This document shows positions 19,372-27,211 of a stretch of 52,201 nt of DNA, piece after piece. Within the stretch, counting starts at the first letter, position 1. The number at the start of each line of letters is the position of its first letter. The notes below the pieces were generated by a model that had not been told where the DNA came from, made no database searches, and worked only from the letters and a program-made list of their open reading frames with translations. The stretch comes from a virus, in IMG/VR virus record IMGVR_UViG_3300009124_000020; one strand, 5' to 3'. A program made the position numbers and the translations under genes.

Positions 19372-19698
19372 TTATTTAGGAGTAATTATTTCTGATTTCG
19401 GAGTAATTATCTCCGACTTTTCCTCTTTCTTCTCAGAAGCTGCTTGTTGTTTGGCATTCTCTCTTTGTTGTTTTTCAAAAAGATTCATTTCAAACTCAGC
19501 TCTGTTCAATAACCAATGAACCATAGGAAGAGCATTATTACTTGCAGTAACTTCTGCTTCACCTCTTTTATCTAATCCAACCACAACAACCATGTCGTAA
19601 TCTTTCTTTTTGATTTCATCAAGAACATTAGACACAGTAGCTTCTTTGGTTACATTAGCTGTTTCATTAGCTGTAGTATTGGTTTCTTTCTTTGACAT
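19372..19698 (-). CDS. Hypothetical protein with a C-terminal KSEIITP tandem duplication
   Basis: 108-aa ORF. A 21-nt tandem repeat (19379-19420) encodes KSEIITPKSEIITPK. Confidence 0.55.
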   Translation of the reverse strand: MSKKETNTTANETANVTKEATVSNVLDEIKKKDYDMVVVVGLDKRGEAEVTASNNALPMVHWLLNRAEFEMNLFEKQQRENAKQQAASEKKEEKSEIITPKSEIITPK

Positions 19699-19742
19699 AA
19701 GATTAATCCTCGTTAGTACTAATTAGTTGACTAATAATAACA

Positions 19743-19758
19743 TTAGTTAGTGTCATAG
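19743..19758 (-). promoter_or_regulatory. Copy of the recurrent motif CTATGACACTAACTAA (minus-strand reading) in a promoter-like context
   Basis: It is identical over 16 nt to 38114-38129. On the minus strand it is embedded in TTGTCT-N17-TATTAT, upstream of the gene starting at 19698. Confidence 0.5.
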
Positions 19759-19770
19759 ACAACAACATAA

Positions 19771-20010
19771 TCAATTTAAGTTCACCTTTTGTTCTGACAA
19801 ATATTTACGCCAATCCTCTGCTTTATCTTCCCAATGCTTACGATCAAGTTCTTCCTGGGAAACTTTAAAGACAGGATTTTTTTGTTGCTCAAAGTAAGAT
19901 CTATCCCAACCTCTTTGCCATTCTTTAGCTAAGATAGTTTCTTTCTTATAAGGGTGCGTAAATCTTCCATCGTAAAAGGATCTCCTACCCATCTCGTAGG
20001 CAGTATTCAT
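19771..20010 (-). CDS. Small protein resembling the Rmf/CrpP fold
   Basis: I set the start at Met34 of the track ORF, because the upstream part overlaps nrdB. GRRSFYDGRFTHPYKKETILAKEWQRGW aligns by eye with E. coli RMF GYQAGIAGRSKEMCPYQTLNQRSQWLGGW. Confidence 0.35.
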   Translation of the reverse strand: MNTAYEMGRRSFYDGRFTHPYKKETILAKEWQRGWDRSYFEQQKNPVFKVSQEELDRKHWEDKAEDWRKYLSEQKVNLN

Positions 20011-20032
20011 AGAATTTTTACCTTTCTTTCTT

Positions 20033-21031
20033 TTAAACTGTTTGTTGTTGTTCTGCATTGGCACTACCCCAAATCTCAGCCCAATCGCCTTTGATAGCAC
20101 CTTTGGCATAATCCACTACTTTATTCTCAAAGAAGTTAGTGTGAGTTACTCCAAGCATACCATCGACCCAGGGGAGATTATTTTTCTTAACTTTGAAAAT
20201 ACCTTTCATTCCCAAAGCAATCAGTCTTCTATCGGCAATGTAACGAATGTACTTTTTAACTTCGTCTTTCGTTAAACCTTCAAGATTATGATTATTAAAT
20301 GCTAGATCTATGAATTGGTCTTCTAGCTCTACCATCTTTTCTGCAATCGTATAAATTTTAGACTTAAGAGAGTCTGTCCACAGTCTACGATTTTCAGTTA
20401 TGTAAGTTCTAAATAATTTTATCATGCTCTCTGTATGGAGAGTTTCATCAGCAATAGACCAAGCAATAATTTGACCCATTCCTTTCATCTTACCCCAACG
20501 AGCAAAATTCAATAACATTACAAAAGAACTGAATAACTGCATACCTTCAGTAAAAGCAGAGAACGCTGCAATCTGTGCAGGTAAACTCTTCTCTTCCTGG
20601 AGTTTAATAAAGAAGTCATGCTTCTCTACCATCTCCCCATATTCAAGAAATTCATTGTAAGTAGATTCAGGCATACCTACTGTCTCAATTAAATGAGAGT
20701 AAGCAGCGACATGGATTGCTTCTCTAGCAGCAAAACTAGATAGCATCATTCTTACTTCTGGTTGAGGAAAATGAGGTAAGTAATTCTTTACATAGGCCCC
20801 ACTCACATCAATATCACCTTGAGTAAAAAATCTAAATATCTTTGCTAGAAAATCTTTCTCATCATCAGTAAGTTTTTTCTGCCAATCTTTTACATCTTCA
20901 TTCATAGGTACTTCAGTCCAAAGCCAGTGCATTTGTTCTGAAGCTACAAAGGCTTCATAAGCCCAAGGATAGTTAAAAGGTTTGTAATAATCCCTTGTAT
21001 CCATCAATTTTAGTTTTTTCTGTTTAGCCAT
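20033..21031 (-). CDS. nrdB: Ribonucleotide reductase class I beta subunit
   Basis: Di-iron ligand motifs are present (REAIHVAAYSH, FTEGMQLFSSF, ADETLH). It is 332 aa and adjacent to the alpha subunit. Confidence 0.85.
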   Translation of the reverse strand: MAKQKKLKLMDTRDYYKPFNYPWAYEAFVASEQMHWLWTEVPMNEDVKDWQKKLTDDEKDFLAKIFRFFTQGDIDVSGAYVKNYLPHFPQPEVRMMLSSFAAREAIHVAAYSHLIETVGMPESTYNEFLEYGEMVEKHDFFIKLQEEKSLPAQIAAFSAFTEGMQLFSSFVMLLNFARWGKMKGMGQIIAWSIADETLHTESMIKLFRTYITENRRLWTDSLKSKIYTIAEKMVELEDQFIDLAFNNHNLEGLTKDEVKKYIRYIADRRLIALGMKGIFKVKKNNLPWVDGMLGVTHTNFFENKVVDYAKGAIKGDWAEIWGSANAEQQQTV

Positions 21032-21039
21032 TTTTATTG

Positions 21040-22815
21040 TTATCCTTCACAAGCTACACATACATCGCCATCAGCGACTGCCGATAAATCCACTTCGTCT
21101 TCAAGTCTTTGTCTCTTAATACGAGTACCGACTTTATCAGCTTTTCTTAGTTTATCTGATCGACAGTAATACAAGGATTTCATTCCCTTCTTCCAAGCTA
21201 GGAAATGAACGCTGTGTAGGTATTTAATATTTACATCTGCATTGAAAAACAGATTGACGGATTGCCCCTGGTCAATAAAGATTTGTCTATCTGCTGCTAA
21301 ATCTATGATCCATCTCTGGTCAATTTCAGTAGCAGTTTTAAACACATCTTTAACTTCTTGAGGTAGTTCTTCTAAATGTTGAACAGAACCATCTCGTGCA
21401 GTTATTGATGACCAAATTTCATCAGTATCTAACTTTAACTCAGCTAACTTCTGTTTTAGAAATCTATTCTTATAAATATGAGCACCTGACAATGTATCTT
21501 GTCGGTACACATTTGCTCTATAAGGTTCGATAGATGGGCTAGTATTACCCATAATCAAACTAGAAGAAGCATTAGGAGCTATAGCATTCCAATGACTGAA
21601 TCTTCTTAACTCTCCATAATCTTGAGCGTCAGGACATGGCCCTCGTTCATTACACAAGTATTGGTCTGCTTCAGCACACTTTAATTTAATGTGTTGAAAA
21701 ATATCTTTGTTTTGAAGTTTGGCTACGACACTCTCAAAAGGGGTCATATTCTTTTGAAAGTAAGCATGAAGACCTAACGCACCTAACCCTACAGATCTTT
21801 CTCTAAAAGCACTAAGTTTAGCCCTAGCGATTGAGTCAGGGGCGTGTTCGATAAAGTAACTAAGTACATTATCAAGCATTTCCATAGCGTCACGAATGAA
21901 CAAGGGACAGTTTTTCCACTCATCAAAATATTCAATATTAAGACTACTTAGACAACAAACTGCTGTTCGTTCTGGATTGGTAGGTAAGAAGATTTCAGTA
22001 CACAGATTAGAACCATTTATCTTTAACCCTTTTGACTGCAACCAATTAGGAAGATGGTCATTAGCGTTATCTATAAAGACAAGATAAGGCTCTCCTGTTT
22101 GCATACGCATTTCTAAAATACGCTGCCACAGTTCTCTTGCACTTACTGTGTCTACGACTTCTCCTTTTGATGGACTGATTAAGTTCCAGGAGTCATCGTA
22201 ATCAGGATCTCTCATGGAGTTTTCGATCTTCTCCATAAAAGCGTTAGATATATTTATACCATGATGTAGGTTCAATGTCCGGAAGTTTTGATCGCCTGTT
22301 GGCTTTCTCATCTCTAAAAACTGAATAATATCAGGGTGTGATATATCTAGGAAAGTTGCATAAGAACCTCTCCTAGTTTTGCCTTGTCTATAAGCTAGAG
22401 TAGAAGCGTCATATACTTTTAAATGGGGCATTACTCCTACTGATTTTGCATCAGCTTCTCTAATACCTACATGGATACCTACACCACCCCCCATCATAGA
22501 GAGCCAATTAACTTCTGCTAAACAGTTAATTAGTCCTTCAGAGCTGTCATCTAAATACGACAGGTAACAAGATATAGGGAGTTGTCTCTTCTCATTCTTA
22601 AAAGACAGAATAGGAGTAGAGAAACTCAACCAATGCTGAGAAGCATAATTATATAATCTTTCTGCGTGTTCTTCGTTAGAAGCAAAGAAGTCACAAACAA
22701 ACTTAAAGCGTTCTTGTGGACTTTCTTCGTCCACTTTCATGTAGCTTTCTTTAAGTCTTGTTTTACCTAGTTCATCAAATAACTCATCACGAGTTAGGTC
22801 AATCTCATACGCCAT
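21040..22815 (-). CDS. nrdA: Ribonucleotide reductase class I alpha subunit, short form with no ATP cone seen
   Basis: The active-site motif NLCTEI is present, with a C-terminal CVAC pair. I placed the start at MAYEIDL, which is preceded by AAGGTGG. Confidence 0.85.
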   Translation of the reverse strand: MAYEIDLTRDELFDELGKTRLKESYMKVDEESPQERFKFVCDFFASNEEHAERLYNYASQHWLSFSTPILSFKNEKRQLPISCYLSYLDDSSEGLINCLAEVNWLSMMGGGVGIHVGIREADAKSVGVMPHLKVYDASTLAYRQGKTRRGSYATFLDISHPDIIQFLEMRKPTGDQNFRTLNLHHGINISNAFMEKIENSMRDPDYDDSWNLISPSKGEVVDTVSARELWQRILEMRMQTGEPYLVFIDNANDHLPNWLQSKGLKINGSNLCTEIFLPTNPERTAVCCLSSLNIEYFDEWKNCPLFIRDAMEMLDNVLSYFIEHAPDSIARAKLSAFRERSVGLGALGLHAYFQKNMTPFESVVAKLQNKDIFQHIKLKCAEADQYLCNERGPCPDAQDYGELRRFSHWNAIAPNASSSLIMGNTSPSIEPYRANVYRQDTLSGAHIYKNRFLKQKLAELKLDTDEIWSSITARDGSVQHLEELPQEVKDVFKTATEIDQRWIIDLAADRQIFIDQGQSVNLFFNADVNIKYLHSVHFLAWKKGMKSLYYCRSDKLRKADKVGTRIKRQRLEDEVDLSAVADGDVCVACEG

Positions 22816-23218
22816 CTCGTTCCACCTTTTCAATTAATAGATTTAAGTAGAACTGTGCTTTCTTGAGATCTTCTAAAGGTTTACCTTTATAAACATATCT
22901 CCAAATATATTTCTGACAGTTGCCCTTTAAATATCCTTTAAATTCAGTAGGGGGCATAGATGCTTCTATTGCGTCTAGGCATTCAATACCAAATTGATTA
23001 TAATGGCTTGGGTGATTTACAGGATCATGTTCTTGATACTCTTCTCCTGGATACACGCCTTTGTTCATTATTGATTCAGTTTCATCAGAAAACTTTTGAG
23101 CATCTAACATTTGATCGTCTATGCTCTTAGGTTTTACTGAATCAAAAGGTGGAAAATGTGCTGTCGGTACTCGTGATATTTTACGATTACGACTTTCTTT
23201 TTTATAATTATCTTTCAT
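22805..23218 (-). CDS. DUF3310-family phage protein
   Basis: HPSHYNQFGIECLDAIE...GNCQKYIWRYVYKGKPLEDLKKAQFYLNLLI matches the DUF3310 pattern recalled from phage genomes. Confidence 0.6.
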   Translation of the reverse strand: MKDNYKKESRNRKISRVPTAHFPPFDSVKPKSIDDQMLDAQKFSDETESIMNKGVYPGEEYQEHDPVNHPSHYNQFGIECLDAIEASMPPTEFKGYLKGNCQKYIWRYVYKGKPLEDLKKAQFYLNLLIEKVERDGV

Positions 23219-23227
23219 TTATACCTC

Positions 23228-23656
23228 TCAATTAAGTTTGTTAGGATCTTTACTGTCGATAAAATCCTGAATATCTACGATGTTATTTTCCTTGCCATTG
23301 GTTTTGTTTTTGCCATTGGATTTCTTCTTGTTCTCATCAACCATTTCCAAGAACTCTTCATCAGGAGTAAAAACAATATCCCCTTCTTCAGGGTATAAGG
23401 CTCTTTCTAAGATTTGTTCTTTAATCTTAAGACCTGCTTCAATAGCTTCGCCCATTTTAAAAACTTCATAGAAACGAGTATGAATAAATCCTGACAAGCC
23501 ATGAATTAGAGTAATTAATGTCTCTACTTCTTTGTCTGTCGCTTTACTGTCATAGGGAAAATGCCACTCTGTCTGACAGTCTATTGCTCCATCGTCTTGT
23601 AAGAACAATGTGATTTGTGCAGCGTTATCTGGTACTTTATTATTATTTTTTGCCAT
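23228..23656 (-). CDS. Hypothetical protein
   Basis: The start is placed at MAKNNNK, which is preceded by AAGGAG. Confidence 0.5.
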   Translation of the reverse strand: MAKNNNKVPDNAAQITLFLQDDGAIDCQTEWHFPYDSKATDKEVETLITLIHGLSGFIHTRFYEVFKMGEAIEAGLKIKEQILERALYPEEGDIVFTPDEEFLEMVDENKKKSNGKNKTNGKENNIVDIQDFIDSKDPNKLN

Positions 23657-24119
23657 TATTTTTTTGCTCCTTAAGTCTTTCAACTATGTTGAGTGATCTA
23701 AGTTTTGATTTTTCTTGTACCCAGGACAAAGGAACTTCCTTATCTGCATAAATAAAATCGTGCTTTTCACACCATTCTGCGTAAGAGGATTTAGCCCCCT
23801 TCCGTAATTTTGTTTTTGAATTGCTGAAAACGAAACGAATATCCAAACTAGGATATTGTTCTTTTATGAATAAATGTTTCTTTCGATCTTCTAGGACAAA
23901 CAGCCCCTTTAACTCAAGAACGATACCATTTGGGAGTAGATAGTCTGGAGTGTAGCTGCGAGTAACAGAAGGAACAACATAAGGTATTTTAAAGGATTCA
24001 TATTCGGCATTTACTTTTAAACTTTTTAACTGTTCTCCAATTTTTTCTTCAAGACCACTTCGATAGCCTTTAGCAATAGCTCTTTGTTTAGGGCTTACTC
24101 TTCTTCCTCTTCTAGGCAT
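23643..24119 (-). CDS. Holliday-junction resolvase, T7 endonuclease I (gp3) family
   Basis: YRSGLEEKIGEQL...KIPYVVP...YTPDYLLPNGIVLELKG...DRKKHLFIKEQYPSLDIRFVFS...KLRKG..SYAEWCEKH closely parallels T7 gp3. Confidence 0.85.
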   Translation of the reverse strand: MPRRGRRVSPKQRAIAKGYRSGLEEKIGEQLKSLKVNAEYESFKIPYVVPSVTRSYTPDYLLPNGIVLELKGLFVLEDRKKHLFIKEQYPSLDIRFVFSNSKTKLRKGAKSSYAEWCEKHDFIYADKEVPLSWVQEKSKLRSLNIVERLKEQKNNGKK

Positions 24120-24381
24120 GGTATCTCGTGTATTGATCTATTAATTCACTACCGAGAATCTCTTTACCGAAGAATACTACTGTCCCATCTGCTAGTGTTC
24201 TTTTTATAAGCCCACTATTGTATTCAACATCTGTAACAGCTCCTAAATCTGTATCTTGGGGCCTGTCATCATACCACATACTTTTTAGTCTATGGGCATG
24301 AATTACTCTAACTTTGTTAGCCCACTTTTCTGCTTTTAATTTTATTCTTTGCCTTTCTACTATTTCATTAAACTGCCCCAT
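24112..24381 (-). CDS. Hypothetical protein
   Basis: 89-aa ORF within the operon. Confidence 0.5.
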   Translation of the reverse strand: MGQFNEIVERQRIKLKAEKWANKVRVIHAHRLKSMWYDDRPQDTDLGAVTDVEYNSGLIKRTLADGTVVFFGKEILGSELIDQYTRYHA

Positions 24382-24382
24382 T

Positions 24383-25168
24383 TTAACTCTCCTTATTTTT
24401 TTGTTTTATTATTGTCGAAGGGTCGTATTTTTTTACGAGTTTCCAATAAGCCAATAGGCTATGGAACATTGCTATATGTCTTGCATGGGACTCTTTATCC
24501 CAAAGATGACACGCAATTCTTTTAGGATCTTGTCGATCTACAAATATAGAAACCCTCTCAGGTTCATCGACATTACAACCTTCAGCATAAGCTGAGAGTT
24601 GCATTCCATGTTCATCAAAAACTAAACGAGCAGGGTCTTTACCTTCTAAGTTATCTTTAGTTTTAAAATCGACAAAGATACCTGACTTAGAATAAAGATC
24701 TATCTTCCCACCATATCCAGCTTCAGCACAGAAGGAGTCTTCTGCTACCCACTCTTCTCCTGGGAAGTATTCATCTAAGAATTTTCTAACTGCTTTATAA
24801 GCTACAGTATTAGATTCCCCTAGAAACCCTTGCTCAATCATTGCATGGATTTCAGTTCCTCTTTCAGCAGCCTTACGACCAATTTCTTTAGAGTCTTTCT
24901 TACAACGATAGGCAAACTCTTCTAGCGTTTCCCCTTTGTTCTGTTTAAGAGTTAGAGCTGAGTTAAGAGCTTGGTCTATCTTCCAATTTTCTAAAGAAGG
25001 TTTAGCTGCAATACCTAAAATAGTAGTAACAGAAGGTACAAATCCTTCTTTTCTAGCATCTCTTAGAGTAGTGTTTCTTTCCTTTCCGTTTGCACCAATG
25101 ATTGTATACATTGGTTCTCCATCATGAGCATACCAATGCCCTGATTCTGCTGTAAATTTACTAGCCAT
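24383..25168 (-). CDS. PD-(D/E)XK superfamily nuclease (exonuclease candidate)
   Basis: GGKIDLY...VDFKTKD is a D...(D/E)xK motif. The start is at MASKFTAE, preceded by GAGGA. Confidence 0.55.
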   Translation of the reverse strand: MASKFTAESGHWYAHDGEPMYTIIGANGKERNTTLRDARKEGFVPSVTTILGIAAKPSLENWKIDQALNSALTLKQNKGETLEEFAYRCKKDSKEIGRKAAERGTEIHAMIEQGFLGESNTVAYKAVRKFLDEYFPGEEWVAEDSFCAEAGYGGKIDLYSKSGIFVDFKTKDNLEGKDPARLVFDEHGMQLSAYAEGCNVDEPERVSIFVDRQDPKRIACHLWDKESHARHIAMFHSLLAYWKLVKKYDPSTIIKQKNKES

Positions 25169-26304
25169 TTTTATAGTCCTCATAAATTGCAAGTCCGAGA
25201 TTGTAAGCAATTTGAGGAACTATGGAGTTCCCTAAACTCTTTAATCTATTAACTTTATCTTCTTGGTTATGTGTAACTCTTGAGATCGTTGGCTCTTCGT
25301 AAAAGCCATCATGATTAAAGAGCGTGTATTTTGTTTCTTCCTCAAGATCTGTGTATCCTTGTCCATAGCCCATAAGCCACTCAACCCAATCAGCGTTTAA
25401 GTGTCCTCCAGGCTTCTTCTTTTCTACTTCTATGTGTTGATTAGCGACTTCAGTTTCTAAGTATTTCTTGTGCTTTAGATCCGATAACCCTTCAGTCATC
25501 TTCATGTGCATACCAATAGCAGCACGAGGGGTAGGCCACATTCTATTAGGGTTTTCGGATTCAGCGTCTGTTACTGCTGCATTTAAATTCCAACCATGTG
25601 TTCCTTTAATCATTGAAGGACTAGGCTGTTCAAAATAAGCCATACGATTAGTGGCTCTTGGGGTAGGCCACAAATCTTCATGCACTTGTTCTCTAAGGTT
25701 ACTACAACCCCCTTGTTTAGCTGCTTCTGTTAGATCTTCCTTGGCTCTAGGCTTTTGGTTGATCCTTGTTCCATCAGTTAATTGGGGTGTTGCCCATAAG
25801 GTTCTTTCCGATACACCAGACTCTATCTCTTTTGTGGGGAGCGTTGACTGATGTAGCTGGAAGTACAAACGACCTTGTGGAGTAGCCTTGGCTCTCCAAC
25901 TCAAAGCACACCGAGTCGAGTGCCACATTGACGAAGCCACCAACATTTTCGACAATGACATAAGAGGGTCTTTTGTGCTTAATAATTTCAAACAAGTACG
26001 GCCAGAGGTGTCGAGGGTCTTCCTCTCCTTTTTTGAGTCCTGCAACTGAGAAGGGCTGACAAGGAATGCCTGCTGTGTAGATGTCTGCTTTTGGAATAGT
26101 TCTAATTGCTTCTTCATCTTTGCTTAATTGAATAAGGTCATCATAAATTGGGATACCTGGAAAATGCTTTTTGAGAACTTTCTGACACCATTTGTCAGCT
26201 TCGCAAAAGGCTACTGTTTCAAAGTTTTCGGTAGCTTCAAGACCTAAACTAAAGCCACCAATCCCACTACATACATCAAAAATTCTGAGTTTATTGGTCT
26301 TCAA
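25161..26304 (-). pseudogene. C5-cytosine DNA methyltransferase interrupted by a single frameshift
   Basis: The 26304-25774 frame holds motif I (FDVCSGIGGF), motif IV (GIPCQPFS), motif VI (ENV) and motif VIII (HKRDRVW). The 25161.. frame holds three WPTP/WATP target-recognition repeats and motif X (GNSIVPQ). The two frames meet at GGAAAGAAC (plus-strand TTT at 25805-25807). Removing one A would give a 380-aa ORF. Confidence 0.75.
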
Positions 26305-27154
26305 AATCTTCGCTTAAATCCGATGAACTGCTTACTACTGCTTCGATGGTAGTCGTATCTTCTTGAGCATCTCTAAGAGATTGATTGTACTTGCTCATAA
26401 TAGATCTATTTTCTCTTTCGATCATTGAAGCCATTGCTTTCATGGTCTCAAAAGTATCTTCATCTAATGCAAGTTTGCTCTCAAGGTCAGGTTCAAAGTG
26501 CATTACAAAATAAACAACACTACCTTGCTTACGCCTTTCAGTAGTTACTGTTGCTTTGTAATCCCAAAGATTTGCACCTTTAGGTAATGCTTTTTTGAAC
26601 TCATCTTCAAAAGGTGAGAAGTTTGATCCTTTAAGTAAAATGATAGCTGGTAAATTAGTATGACTTACTTTTTTACCTGTAGAAGTTTTACCTTCAAAAT
26701 CTACAAGACATCTAACTTGTCTGAAGCATTTAACTTCACTAAATTTAGCTTTCTCATTATCATTAAGTTGATTGTATTCTTTGCTTGATGGTTTACCACA
26801 TCTAACAGTACCTCTTTCATCTTTTGGTTCTTGAGACCAATTAGTAATCAAGAGAGTTTTATTAGCCATTCTGTTTTCAGACTGACTCCATTGTAGATAT
26901 TGGTAGTGATGGGCTAGGGGGCGAATACTGATAGTTTCAGCGAATGCTCTATCTCCCTCTACTCCTTTAATCCAAAACAATCCTTTTTTAATTGGATTGC
27001 CTTGATCGTCTTCATCATCGACATTCATCTTTATCTCTGGGAGATAGTCAGGTTTCGTGTCTTGTGAAGCTGTTTCTGAAGATCCTAAGATCATTGCCAA
27101 CTTACGCTCCTCTTCAGGGTTTATTGCGGATAATTCCGTATTTTGCTTTGCCAT
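26291..27154 (-). CDS. Putative ssDNA-binding or annealing protein
   Basis: It lies between the polymerase and the nucleases. The acidic C-terminal tail contains an aromatic residue (SSSSDLSEDFEDQ), as in T7 gp2.5-type SSBs. No direct motif match. Confidence 0.35.
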   Translation of the reverse strand: MAKQNTELSAINPEEERKLAMILGSSETASQDTKPDYLPEIKMNVDDEDDQGNPIKKGLFWIKGVEGDRAFAETISIRPLAHHYQYLQWSQSENRMANKTLLITNWSQEPKDERGTVRCGKPSSKEYNQLNDNEKAKFSEVKCFRQVRCLVDFEGKTSTGKKVSHTNLPAIILLKGSNFSPFEDEFKKALPKGANLWDYKATVTTERRKQGSVVYFVMHFEPDLESKLALDEDTFETMKAMASMIERENRSIMSKYNQSLRDAQEDTTTIEAVVSSSSDLSEDFEDQ

Positions 27155-27211
27155 AGTTTTGTTCTCCTAAAATGGTTTTATGTTTAACTATGACACTAAT
27201 AATACCCTTTA

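Noticed and set aside
19379-19420. 21-nt tandem repeat considered as a CRISPR-like or regulatory repeat
   Set aside because: There are only two adjacent copies with no spacers, and they are in frame within a CDS, so this is a coding duplication.
19298-19519. Plus-strand ORF of 73 aa
   Set aside because: It spans a terminator hairpin and is antisense to the 3' end of a better-supported minus-strand gene. The apparent repeat in it is the KSEIITP coding duplication read backwards.
25161-26117. The full 318-aa ORF in the track as an independent protein
   Set aside because: Its N-terminal third overlaps the methyltransferase N-terminal frame and has no motifs. Only the part downstream of the frameshift point carries methyltransferase motifs.
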